From positions 22,360 to 86,359 of IMG/VR virus record IMGVR_UViG_3300032038_000048: a stretch of 64,000 bases of DNA, one strand, 5' to 3'. The position numbers and the translations under genes were made by a program. A model generated the notes under the pieces. That model saw only the letters and a list, made by a program, of their open reading frames with translations. It made no database searches and was not told the DNA's origin. The DNA is from a virus (taxonomy: Duplodnaviria; Caudoviricetes). This document shows, piece after piece, positions 27,008 to 37,186 of the stretch (position 1 is the first letter of the stretch; each line of letters begins with the position of its first letter).

Positions 27008-27560
27008 TTCTTTTCTTTCTTTATATATTTCTTTCTTTTCTTAAATATATAACTATACTTATATATACTAACTATAATTATACTATTAAACTATACTTAT
27101 ACTATTAACTATAATTATATATCTAAGTATAATTATATATTATATATATATCGTAAGATATATTTTATATTCATCCCCACAATATAATATTTTTGATTCT
27201 GCTAACCCTCATTTTTGGTACATTTCGTTCATTTGGTACACTCGTTCTAATTCAAGTGCTTATAAACTAACACTTTACAAAAATATATAAAATTCTGCTT
27301 ATCGTACACTAAATTAACAAAAATAACACAAAAATATTAAATTTTCCCTTTTTTACACCTTAACTGAAACCCTAAATTCACAAAATAACTCAAAAATCAT
27401 ACATTTGGTACACTATACTTCACATAAACTTAACACTCGTACCTTAAACCAACTACTCAACTTGTGAAAATTATTAACACTATACCTACATTCTGAAAAA
27501 TTAAAAATAAAAAAAATAAAATTAAAAATTTTATGTGAAAGGTTATATTCGCTTGCGTAA
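27008..27560. repeat. Extremely AT-rich, G-poor intergenic region with TATA/CTATA low-complexity repeats and three TTTGGTACA copies
   Basis: About 27050-27150 is almost only A/T with CTATA/TATACT units; TTTGGTACA at about 27214, 27232 and 27403. Confidence 0.6.
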
Positions 27561-27794
27561 TCTTCCTTTTGGGGGCTTACCTCCCCTGTTTAAGTGGAAA
27601 ATATATGTTATATTATACCTATAATATAACATATTGTGTTTCAGTTCGTTATTTCATTTATCTTTATTTAATTATACCTCTCTATCTCCCTAATAATCAC
27701 TTATATATCCTTATAATTATACTTGTGTTTTCTCTCTTTTTTATGTTACTCTCTTTTTTTGGGTGTTGCTGATGCACCACATTATATATGTGTA

Positions 27795-27802
27795 TATCTT
27801 TG
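27795..27802 (+). promoter_or_regulatory. -7 promoter box
   Basis: TATCTTTG about 45 nt before the ATG at 27848. Confidence 0.5.
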
Positions 27803-27847
27803 CAGTACATTTAATCAATTAGTTTAACTCTAATACACATTACAATT

Positions 27848-28681
27848 ATGAAGGACAAAGTAAAGAACGATAGTGCTAGTCAGATGGGCAGTGCTATAGT
27901 AATGGATGGTGACACCTCTATTACCGAGTTTAGAAGTAAAGTTTTAGCGCACTTCGCTGTGCCTGCGTGGGATGGTGAGAGCCAGTTTATAGAGGTAATG
28001 AAGAGTCTGAACATGAACGAAGAGCAAATAAATGCTGCTGTTGCTGCTGCTCGCAGAAAGAGTGGTTTAGTCGCACCTGACTGCTCATTTGCTATCATGG
28101 CGCAATACATCAGTGAGCACTACGGAGCCGAATTTAATAACCTCGTAGGCACACCAGTAAACGAAGTACCCACACAGCAATTGTGGTCGGTTTCGTTTGA
28201 TAGGGAGTACATTACCAGAGTGGCGGACGACGCTACACCCTCACAGATACTTTCGGCACTCCTTTCGTATAGGTATCACCTTGAGTTGGTGAGAAAACTA
28301 AAGAGAGATGAGATGAAAAGGTATGGCGCATTCTACCAGTCAATTACCACTCTTTGCAATAATGCTCGTTTGCTGGGTGTGGAGTTGGAAAACGTACTTA
28401 GTCGCGTGAAGTCTGCTTATGCCGATGCACTAACAAAGGAGCAACACGACACTGATAACCTGCGTGATAACTTCATGAAGTACCGCACGCGCATGGATGC
28501 CGCCTTATCTGACCTCTCGCGCACTTATCCAGATGCAGTGTGCTGGTGGTCTGGTAGACCTCACCTTGTGACAGATAGATTACCGAAGTCAGCAAGTGCG
28601 AAGGCGCACAAGACGTTTGCAGTTGTTAGGCGCTGCCAGTCTGCTATCACTGACCTTAACAGAGCCTTATTTGGCGTATAA
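27848..28681 (+). CDS. Hypothetical protein
   Basis: 277-aa ORF, ATTATG start. Confidence 0.75.
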   Translation: MKDKVKNDSASQMGSAIVMDGDTSITEFRSKVLAHFAVPAWDGESQFIEVMKSLNMNEEQINAAVAAARRKSGLVAPDCSFAIMAQYISEHYGAEFNNLVGTPVNEVPTQQLWSVSFDREYITRVADDATPSQILSALLSYRYHLELVRKLKRDEMKRYGAFYQSITTLCNNARLLGVELENVLSRVKSAYADALTKEQHDTDNLRDNFMKYRTRMDAALSDLSRTYPDAVCWWSGRPHLVTDRLPKSASAKAHKTFAVVRRCQSAITDLNRALFGV

Positions 28682-29761
28682 TTAGCCTCTGGGCGGGTTC
28701 TTGCCCGCCTCATCCCTACACATATTGTCTACCTTGTCGCGGTTGTGGGGCTTTTCACTAAAGGACAATAACATATATATACGCGTCACTTGTAGCCGCC
28801 TTACACACCTATTCAGGTATGATTAGCCGTTGCAAGTGGGTCCAGAAAAAGGTTACTTCATTCACCTTTATAGACTGCTTTAGGCGTGTCCGGCTGGCTC
28901 CTAGTCGGCTCTTGTTTGCTCAAATAATGGCCTTTTGAGTGGGCACACAGAGAGTAAGTATATTGCGCTGTATGGGGTGTTTATTGACCTCTTTCGCCCT
29001 CCTTTATGGTGGGTGTGGGGGTTATATAAACTGCCTTGCTGGATAATGTGTATAACACGCAAATAGGTGCATTTTGTCACCTCTGCCAGTAGATAGTTAT
29101 CTGGATAGATGGCTTTTTTATTGGTATCAGAGGACAAAGTAACACATCTGTGCAGTGTATCAGGCGGCAATTGCAAGGTTGTTGCTGGTAGTGGTGTAGG
29201 ATGGTGATTTGTTACATCATCTCTCATGAGTTAGTAATAACGAGTGTGCATTATTAACCTTCGACTAGTTTGCTTTTGTCGGTGCTGGTCAATACGCTGC
29301 ATAGATAGGTTATGGCATGGCAAAATGTAGACCACTTGCGGCCTTCGTTTTTCCTTTTGTCGTTCTGGCAAAGGTAATAAAGCGAAGGTAAATTTTCATA
29401 ATTGATTTTTTGAGTGATATAAAATGTTTCTCACTGCGAAGTGCGAAATGTTTATATTTCTTTTCTCGCTGCGAAGCGCGAAAGAAATATTTTTTCTAAA
29501 TGTTTCATAGGTTATTTTTCCGAAAGATTTTTCGCAATAGAATTTTTAAAGCAATGTGAGCGAAAGATAAATCTTTTTTGGAAAATCAAAAATCCCTCGC
29601 GTAATATAGTCGGCAGAGCATTTTTGAAAATAACCTGTGAAACATTTTTTCTTTTTATCACGCTTTTAATTTTGGAAATGATTTTTTGAAGATTTGGAAA
29701 ATTTTCCGTTCGATTCGGAGTTAAGCGGCAATTATTTATTTACTCTAAAAAAATCAAAGTT

Positions 29762-29869
29762 ATGAAAGAAAAAATTGCTGAGATCTACCTCCAAAGCTTT
29801 GGAGTAGAAGAGATGATCGAATTTGTGTGTTCACTAACAGACGAAGAAATATTAAGTCTTAGTTTATGA
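29762..29869 (+). CDS. 35-aa hypothetical protein
   Basis: MKEKIAEIYLQSFGVEEMIEFVCSLTDEEILSLSL; ATGA overlap with next ORF; below track cutoff. Confidence 0.5.
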   Translation: MKEKIAEIYLQSFGVEEMIEFVCSLTDEEILSLSL

Positions 29870-30177
29870 ACACGCAAAATTCAGATCGCTTGGCGCTGGA
29901 TAAAAAAAGGCGCCAGGCACAAAAGTATTTTACAGAGAATTTCTCTCGCGAACAAAGATATTTAATTGTCTTCGAGAGAGATTTTAATGAGTACCTAAGC
30001 GCAGCCGCTTGGCTGCAAACAGAAGAAGCAAAGAACTATCAGAGATATTACGATTTTCTTTGTGACTTCTCTTCTCTAAAAAATAAGATGAAGGAGTTTT
30101 CATGGAGCAAGAAATTTCTGCTAGAAAACGGAATTGACTTTGCTGCTATCAGAAAACTCTATTTTGCAATTGCTTGA
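29866..30177 (+). CDS. Hypothetical protein
   Basis: 103-aa ORF. Confidence 0.65.
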   Translation: MNTQNSDRLALDKKRRQAQKYFTENFSREQRYLIVFERDFNEYLSAAAWLQTEEAKNYQRYYDFLCDFSSLKNKMKEFSWSKKFLLENGIDFAAIRKLYFAIA

Positions 30178-30590
30178 GAGGTGGTTGCAAAAACGTGCAC
30201 AGCGTGACATTTATATTTTCTTTAGAATTTCTCTTGAGGTTCACACGCACACCAAAAATAAAAGAGCTCTGAAAAGAAAGACAGCAGAGAAAACTGCGGA
30301 GTCCATAGGAACCATAAATCAGAAAGGAAAATCTTACACCTTGACTTTTTAGAAATTGTTTTCATAGAGAAAAACAACAAGGTTTTTTAGAAATTGTTTT
30401 CGTAAAAACAACAGACGGAAATCTATAATTCCCGCTGGTGACTGGTCAGGAGCGTAAAAGATGCCAGAGTGCAAGCAACGGCCAACTGAGTAACATCGAG
30501 TAAACGAAGGGAAAAAATCATGAAAGGAGAAACGGAGTGCGGTGCTGAATTAAGTGTCGCACTTCACTTGCTTATTCACTTCAAAAATTT

Positions 30591-30821
30591 ATGATTATGA
30601 AAAAGAATTTTATTATCGGTGTGCTTTTTGTTTTGTTTACGATCGCTTCTGTTCTGTGTATGTGTTACATTCGTCACACAAACAGTTTGCAATATCAGAA
30701 AAAAGTTTTGTGTAAAAACATTTCTGGCTTGCAGAATGAAAACGATTCACTGCGTGCAATTATGAGAAACGCGCAGTGTCCGCACAAGTTAGAACTTGCA
30801 AAACTAAGTACGAAAAACTAA
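30591..30821 (+). CDS. Small membrane-anchored coiled-coil protein
   Basis: N-terminal hydrophobic FIIGVLFVLFTIASVLC. Confidence 0.65.
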   Translation: MIMKKNFIIGVLFVLFTIASVLCMCYIRHTNSLQYQKKVLCKNISGLQNENDSLRAIMRNAQCPHKLELAKLSTKN

Positions 30822-30898
30822 GCACGAGAGAACAACTCCCGAAGTACGAAAATTATTTCGGGAGTACGAAAATTATTCACTCATAAAAAGATATAATT

Positions 30899-31171
30899 AT
30901 GAATATCATTTATCATTACGCATTAAACTCTAGAGATGTTTATTGCAAGGTTGAAGTGTTAATAAATCAGGTTGCAAAACGAATCAGAAAAAATCTGCCA
31001 GTTCTTGAAGATTATTTGGCAAAATGCAGCAGCATGACAAAAATCACGCACGATTGCATAAAGCTTCGCGAGCAATTAGATTTTGAGAGTACGAAAAAGT
31101 TTGAGCGCGATGAAGCCAGACAGATGCTTGCAAGGTATATCATTGATGGCGCAAGGTTTCTTGCTTCGTGA
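30899..31171 (+). CDS. Hypothetical protein
   Basis: 90 aa, ATTATG start after a hairpin element. Confidence 0.65.
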   Translation: MNIIYHYALNSRDVYCKVEVLINQVAKRIRKNLPVLEDYLAKCSSMTKITHDCIKLREQLDFESTKKFERDEARQMLARYIIDGARFLAS

Positions 31172-31241
31172 TTTTCTTTCTCTGCAAAAAATATCATCTG
31201 TTAAGTCAGGTGATATTTACTTTCACCAAACATTTACAGTT

Positions 31242-31454
31242 ATGAAAAATATTTTATTCTATCTATTTGCTTGTTTTCTTTGCGCTCCTTGTCTTATTTT
31301 AGTCTTGTCGGGTGATTTATCATCTGGCCTGCTCGGAACGGCATACGGGGCAATTCTGCGGTTTTTCTTGCCGAAAAGATTTTGGCAAAGATTTATCCGC
31401 TTGTCGGTACGATACACAGACAAGATTTTCGGAACAGAGAAAGCAGCGGGTTAA
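31242..31454 (+). CDS. Small two-TM membrane protein
   Basis: Likely start MKNILFYLFACFLCAP at 31242, within track ORF 31083. Confidence 0.6.
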   Translation: MKNILFYLFACFLCAPCLILVLSGDLSSGLLGTAYGAILRFFLPKRFWQRFIRLSVRYTDKIFGTEKAAG

Positions 31455-31501
31455 TTCTCGCTGCTTTTACTTTTTATCATTAACTCAAAAAACTTTTTAT
31501 T

Positions 31502-31837
31502 ATGGAAATCAAGACAATAAAAAATCGTGGCTGCGAAGTGACTGCAATCTTCACAGGTGGAAAATATTTTTTCCATAACTCTTATTACGGGGTCGTTTGT
31601 ATTGCTGAACGCACCAGCGAAATAGGTGAAATATCCAACGTCAAATTCAATTTGTATGTGGGAAATAACAACTGTGTAGGCTCTTCGTATTTCGACAACG
31701 GCAGCATTATCAAGTGCGCAAAAAGACACATCAGTAAAGAAGAAAACAAGTATGTAAAATGCGATGTTAAATTCAACGTCTGCAAAAAGGATTTAAGTAA
31801 AGGTTATATCGCGGTAAACTTCCATGAGTATGCTTAA
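31502..31837 (+). CDS. Hypothetical protein
   Basis: 111 aa, ATTATG start. Confidence 0.65.
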   Translation: MEIKTIKNRGCEVTAIFTGGKYFFHNSYYGVVCIAERTSEIGEISNVKFNLYVGNNNCVGSSYFDNGSIIKCAKRHISKEENKYVKCDVKFNVCKKDLSKGYIAVNFHEYA

Positions 31838-31899
31838 TTGCGAAATTCCGCAGGGTAGAAATATTCTGCGGAGTACGATAACCAAAAAAATATACAATT

Positions 31900-32106
31900 A
31901 TGAAAACAAAAATCTCAATTTCAGATTTTACTTTTTTATCTTCTGGGTACGGAGCGTATGCGGTTATGTATCGCAGTCCTGTGACGCTCAAATCTTGGAT
32001 GGCCCGAATAACGGATATGCAGTTGATTGACGACACAAAAAACTGCGAAGAACCAAAGAAAAAAGACTTAGAAACACTTCGCAGAATTGTAAAGCGTGGT
32101 GGGTAA
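31900..32106 (+). CDS. Hypothetical protein
   Basis: 68 aa, ATTATG start after a hairpin element. Confidence 0.65.
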   Translation: MKTKISISDFTFLSSGYGAYAVMYRSPVTLKSWMARITDMQLIDDTKNCEEPKKKDLETLRRIVKRGG

Positions 32107-32171
32107 TTTTAGTTCTCCGCTAACGAAAGTTGGTGGAGGATGCGAATTATTTAACTCAAAATCAAATCATT

Positions 32172-33911
32172 ATGGAAAGAAAAATTTATGCTAAGTTAGC
32201 AGAGAAAGCGAAAGAAGTTTTTGACTGCTTGGAGATTCCTTCTGGAGTGTATTCCGCAAAAGACGTGAATAACCTCATTCCGTTTACAACAAAAGGAGTA
32301 GACTCCGAAAAAATATCTACTCCAATTTATGATGGAAGATGGAAGATGGATCCGATGGAAACAATTTCAATTTCCGAAGGGAGTTTCGGCTGCGAATTTA
32401 AGGCGTGGCGTGTGTTCGCTTACATGGCTAAATTTGAGAAACTTGTCCCTGCAAAAGACAGGGTGAAGTTTGAGAAAGTTGCCGAAGAAGGAACGCCAGT
32501 TCTTAATCTGACAGTACCAAAGAACATCGGAAAATTGCCGAAATGCGTTGGCAAAGATGAATTGCGCCCCGTAATGAATTACGTTTGCTATGACGTTGAA
32601 CGTCATGCACTCGTTGCGACTGATGGGCACGTTTTATCTGTCGTTCACTGCGACTGCGAATTGTTGAGCGAAGAACACAAAACTTCGATGATATTGATTG
32701 ACGCGTCTTTAATTAAAAAAGATGCTGAATTATCAATCTCAAAAACGGAGTTTGGGTATTGCACAAACAATATCGTTGTCAGTGAAATTAAATATCCAAA
32801 GTGGTACGCTGTTATTCCGCAATTCCATGAAGACGAAGGAATAAAATTCAGTAAAGAAGCATGGAGAGTGTTGCAAAAGACAGTGAAAGAAATATCAAAA
32901 GCCTGCAAGATGGAATATATTCATTTGTTCGCAGACGAAGGAAATAATTCTATCACTGTCAAAGGAGATAACATTGACTATAATATCACTCAGGAGAAGA
33001 ATATTGAAGTTCCCTGCGTGATAAGGAAATCATTCCATGTCGCGGTAAATGCGAAAAACTTCGCTAAAATAGACGAAGCAGATTCGATGTGGATTCAGGG
33101 CGGTGATTACGCTCTTGGGTTCTCGTCAAACGAAAACACTTCTATTCTTATGCCTTCACTTGCTTCTGGTATTATCGCTGCAGATAAGAGAGAGAGAACG
33201 ATTGATTTGCTAGAACTCTCTGGTATTATCCGCAAGGAAGAAGATGCGATTATTCCCGCTCCGAAAGCGGAAGTAAAAGAAGCGGAAGTGAAGCATCTCC
33301 CTGTGCCAGTTGTAAAATCTTTGCCCATACCAGTGGTGAAGGTAGAAACAATGCCGGTTGCAATTCCTTGCGAGATTACACCTATTGTCGAAAAACAAAT
33401 CGAGGATGCAGAAATCGTGGAGGAAATCAAAAACGAACCGGAGGAAGTTGCAGTTACAGAAAAGAAATCTGTGAACGGAATTTCAGAAGGCGACTTTGTG
33501 TCGCTGAAAATCTTCTCTGGAGAGGAAATAATTGCAAAGGTGCTGACATTTACAGATAATGGGCGCGTGCGCTTATTCGTAAAGTCTTGTACGTTCAATT
33601 TCTCTCTGGACGAGATTAAACCAACTGACGCGAAGAAGAAAACATCTCCTACATGGCTGAAAGCCGGTAAAGCCCTGACAGACGGAAAATTTGTGAGCGA
33701 AATCACGAAAATAAATCGTTCGTCTGTAGAGTTTGCCGATGGCGAAACAAGGAAGTTACTCTATCTGCTAACAAACTGCCGCCCTGCAACTGAGGAAGAA
33801 AAATCTTCTGTTCAGGTCGTGACCGCGAAAGAAGTAGAGATGCAACCGAAGAAAGAACGCTTCTCGTGGATAAAGAAAATCATCCGCAAGGCTGCAATCT
33901 TCTCATTCTAA
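32172..33911 (+). CDS. Multidomain protein with a DNA polymerase III beta-clamp-like domain
   Basis: CVGKDELRPVMNYVCYDVERHALVATDGHVL and KYPKWYAVIP are clamp-like; P/V-rich linker; likely start MERKIY at 32172. Confidence 0.65.
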   Translation: MERKIYAKLAEKAKEVFDCLEIPSGVYSAKDVNNLIPFTTKGVDSEKISTPIYDGRWKMDPMETISISEGSFGCEFKAWRVFAYMAKFEKLVPAKDRVKFEKVAEEGTPVLNLTVPKNIGKLPKCVGKDELRPVMNYVCYDVERHALVATDGHVLSVVHCDCELLSEEHKTSMILIDASLIKKDAELSISKTEFGYCTNNIVVSEIKYPKWYAVIPQFHEDEGIKFSKEAWRVLQKTVKEISKACKMEYIHLFADEGNNSITVKGDNIDYNITQEKNIEVPCVIRKSFHVAVNAKNFAKIDEADSMWIQGGDYALGFSSNENTSILMPSLASGIIAADKRERTIDLLELSGIIRKEEDAIIPAPKAEVKEAEVKHLPVPVVKSLPIPVVKVETMPVAIPCEITPIVEKQIEDAEIVEEIKNEPEEVAVTEKKSVNGISEGDFVSLKIFSGEEIIAKVLTFTDNGRVRLFVKSCTFNFSLDEIKPTDAKKKTSPTWLKAGKALTDGKFVSEITKINRSSVEFADGETRKLLYLLTNCRPATEEEKSSVQVVTAKEVEMQPKKERFSWIKKIIRKAAIFSF

Positions 33912-33987
33912 AAAAAAGTGCTGTGCTGGATAAAACTGGCACGGCATACAAACTCAAGAAATGTTTAACCTCAAAAAAATTACAATT

Positions 33988-34935
33988 ATGTTTGAAATCA
34001 TTAAGAAGAGCGCGGCAATAATGCCGACAGTGAGAGAAACAACAGTAGTGGATGACAACCGATTCTTCGACTGGGAGAAAAACAAAACGCAGGCGATAAC
34101 GCTTGCGCAGTTAGAGCGCACACATCGCGAAACTGACGTGTACGGAAAACCTCTCCGCGAGATTCAGCACTACGAGTTAATAAACAGCGTTGTGAATATG
34201 TGCAACGAAGTGGGTTATAATGTAGAAATCTACGACCTCTTCGCAGCGCAGAACAAAGACCGCACGCAGCCAGGTGTCGTGAAACTTCCGCAGGTTGAAG
34301 CGCAATTCGGAGAAAACGCAATCGAAGCGCATATCTTACGCAGAGTGTACGCGAATATCCGAATTAAAGACTTTGACGATGAAGAAACGACCACAAACCT
34401 CGCAGTGGCCTATCACCAGCGCGGCATCCAGATTGGTTTCGGTCCAAACGTGAAAATATGCCATAACCAATGTATGCTCTCTCCGCAATATTCCGTTTCG
34501 TCATACGGTGAGAAAGGGATGAAGCGCGGTGATGGTATGCCGATTCAAAAAATGCTTATCGCTGTTCGTGAATGGCTTGTGAACGCGAAAAGTATTATTA
34601 CGGCTGACCGCGAGAAGATTGAACGGATGAAAAATACAGAAATCTCCGCTGAACAGATAATCATGATGATTGGTATGCTGACCGCAATGAGAGTGAAAGT
34701 AGATTCATCTAACAAATCTATTCACGAAAACGCTGTCTATCCGATGAGCAACACGCAAATCAATCAGTTTACGGAAGATATGCTTGTCGCATACGCAGAA
34801 CGAAGCCGCATCACAGCATGGGATGTTTATAACGCAGCAACGGAGTTGTACAAGGCCCCGAAGATGGATATTCCGAATATCCTGCCGCAAAATCGTGCTA
34901 TGGTTACGTTTATGAATGACTGGCTCAATCTCTAA
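33988..34935 (+). CDS. DUF932-family protein
   Basis: FFDWEKNKTQAITL...IQHYELI, IQIGFGPNVKICHNQ, ITAWDVYNAATELYK; likely start MFEII at 33988. Confidence 0.7.
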   Translation: MFEIIKKSAAIMPTVRETTVVDDNRFFDWEKNKTQAITLAQLERTHRETDVYGKPLREIQHYELINSVVNMCNEVGYNVEIYDLFAAQNKDRTQPGVVKLPQVEAQFGENAIEAHILRRVYANIRIKDFDDEETTTNLAVAYHQRGIQIGFGPNVKICHNQCMLSPQYSVSSYGEKGMKRGDGMPIQKMLIAVREWLVNAKSIITADREKIERMKNTEISAEQIIMMIGMLTAMRVKVDSSNKSIHENAVYPMSNTQINQFTEDMLVAYAERSRITAWDVYNAATELYKAPKMDIPNILPQNRAMVTFMNDWLNL

Positions 34936-35087
34936 ACTCTCTCGCTAAAGAAATGACTGGTGCTGAAAAGTGTCAGTCATTACAATTAGTTTTTCATGGT
35001 TTGTAATGTGTTTGTTTTTTTTGGTGTGGTCTGTGAGAACAGGCTGCACCTTCAAGAATTATTACTCATCAAAAAATCAAAAACATT

Positions 35088-35564
35088 ATGCACAGTAAAA
35101 TTTTTCAAATCACAAAAGAAAAACTTTCTAAAGAAGAGTATATTACCGAAAACACGTTTTACGACCACCTTCCAGAAGGTGCGGACTATGTTCAAAACCT
35201 CAGTAAAGAGGAAGCGGAAGCGTGTCTTTCATGGGTAGATGAGATGTTGAAAGGAATTTTCACTCGCAAGGGTCGTGAACTAACCTTTATTGGAGTTGAA
35301 ACATTTATTGGGGAGTGGGTAGAAAAAATCAAAGAAAGCGCAAATGCGCTGACTGTTGAAAATATGAAAGATTCGCTTACTCTCTTTCGTCATAAAATGC
35401 TTTGCGAGAGGACACATAAAGATGTTTGGTTCCTCGTTTATCAAGGCGCAGATGGCGAAGAATACGCCGACTTCTTTGCAGACTTTATCTGGTATCTTCA
35501 TGCAACGGAAGTTAAGAAGGGTACGAAGTTTTATATCGGTGGCATCGTTGATTATCACTTCTAA
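35088..35564 (+). CDS. Hypothetical protein
   Basis: 158 aa, ends FYIGGIVDYHF. Confidence 0.7.
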   Translation: MHSKIFQITKEKLSKEEYITENTFYDHLPEGADYVQNLSKEEAEACLSWVDEMLKGIFTRKGRELTFIGVETFIGEWVEKIKESANALTVENMKDSLTLFRHKMLCERTHKDVWFLVYQGADGEEYADFFADFIWYLHATEVKKGTKFYIGGIVDYHF

Positions 35565-35629
35565 AAAAGAACTTCTTGCGGATTGATATTCGCGAGAAGT
35601 ACGATTATTAACCTCAAAATTCAAAAGTT

Positions 35630-35977
35630 ATGGAAATAAAAATCACGAAAAGAAAGTTGTTGTGGCATCAGTCAAACGACATGTGCTGCAACTGGTATTG
35701 GGAAGTTCGCGGTCACATCATCAACGATGCAGGAACACGTTACAAAAAGTTTGGTTTCGTTGTTCACTACGACTACGATGATATTGCAGAATGGTTTGAG
35801 CCAGAGAACGACATTTGTCCGGCTATCACGAAGAAGATGCACCGCGAATATCTTGACGAAATGATTTTCTGCTCTTTCACCGACTACATCAAGTCTTACG
35901 ATGATTGCAAAGTCTTCTATGAGCTTTGCCGTGAAAGTGTCGAGCATTACAGCAATATTTTGGGGCGTTGCGCCTGA
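35630..35977 (+). CDS. Hypothetical protein
   Basis: 115 aa after a hairpin element. Confidence 0.7.
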   Translation: MEIKITKRKLLWHQSNDMCCNWYWEVRGHIINDAGTRYKKFGFVVHYDYDDIAEWFEPENDICPAITKKMHREYLDEMIFCSFTDYIKSYDDCKVFYELCRESVEHYSNILGRCA

Positions 35978-36044
35978 AACTTTCTCACCGTCTGGAAGTA
36001 CGACAACCTCCAGACTGGCTATTATTCACCAAAATTCAATTATT

Positions 36045-36527
36045 ATGAAGACTTTAGAATTGACAAAAGTAGGCGAACATTACATGGATGGTGGTCTCTA
36101 CAAAGACAAAGACGGAAAGTATTACGTTGATTGCCACCGCGAACCAAAAGATGATGGAGTGTCCGATGTTTACACCCTGTCACCATCCAACGAGCCAGAC
36201 GGAGAGCCTGAGCGTTTAATTCATTGCCACATCAAGATTCTCAACCCAATGACGGAGAGCGAGAAAAAGCAGAAACTTTTTCAGTTTGAGTACATGATGC
36301 TTTCCAGACTAAATGACGATGCTGCCGCATACTTTGGTCGTCACGGAAACGAGGAAGAGGACAAATGGGATTGCAGGTATCACAATGAGCATAACATTTG
36401 GGGAAAAGACATTGAGAGTCATATTGCCGAAATGAAAAAACTTTGGCAAAAGATTCCGTCAGACATCAAGCCCGAATGGTGTACCTGGGAGCAGATTTTA
36501 GAGTACGAAAGAAAAATCTCTGCCTAA
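36045..36527 (+). CDS. LPD11-domain protein (large polyvalent protein-associated domain)
   Basis: EYMMLSRLNDD...WGKDIESHIAEMKKLWQKIP..IKPEWCTWEQILEYE; start MKTLEL at 36045. Confidence 0.65.
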   Translation: MKTLELTKVGEHYMDGGLYKDKDGKYYVDCHREPKDDGVSDVYTLSPSNEPDGEPERLIHCHIKILNPMTESEKKQKLFQFEYMMLSRLNDDAAAYFGRHGNEEEDKWDCRYHNEHNIWGKDIESHIAEMKKLWQKIPSDIKPEWCTWEQILEYERKISA

Positions 36528-36583
36528 AACGATGGGGAGCGCAACAACTCCCCATCGTACCAATGAACCAATAAAATCAATTT

Positions 36584-37072
36584 ATGGAAGAAATCAGACT
36601 AACAGCAGAACTGAAAAAGAACTGCGAAACGAACCGAGAGAAACTTTCTAAACTAATGAAAGTGTATGACCTTTGCATACTTGGCTACGACATTCAAGAG
36701 CAAAGATGCAAAGATGTTTACAATAAAGTTTTGTCAGAAAACGAGTTCTACGCAAAACGTGACTGCGGACGTTGTGAAGTCAAAATTGGCGAGAGGATAA
36801 CAGACGAAAAGTTTGACTTCCTCCTTTCTGATGAAGACTTTGACCGTCTGAACGCTCTGGCTATCCCAATCTTTGTAGCCGAAGGCGTAACCGATGAAAA
36901 CGGCTACTTCGTTGAAAACTGGGTGACTAAAAAAGTTCATGCTCGCAAAGAATTGGTAGAGTTTATTATCCAGAACATCGTACCAAACGAAATGCGCGAA
37001 AAGTTCTGGGAAGTAAGACGCAACATTGTGCAAACAGATAAACTTATCTCAATCATGCGCTCAGTCGCTTAA
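36584..37072 (+). CDS. Hypothetical protein
   Basis: 162 aa. Confidence 0.7.
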   Translation: MEEIRLTAELKKNCETNREKLSKLMKVYDLCILGYDIQEQRCKDVYNKVLSENEFYAKRDCGRCEVKIGERITDEKFDFLLSDEDFDRLNALAIPIFVAEGVTDENGYFVENWVTKKVHARKELVEFIIQNIVPNEMREKFWEVRRNIVQTDKLISIMRSVA

Positions 37073-37186
37073 CTGCAAAACTTCTGTGGCCCTTGCCGAC
37101 TACGGAAGTGCGATTATCCATCCCATCTGAAACCGAAACTTTCAGATGGGAACAATGATATTATTCACTCTAAAAATTATGAGACT

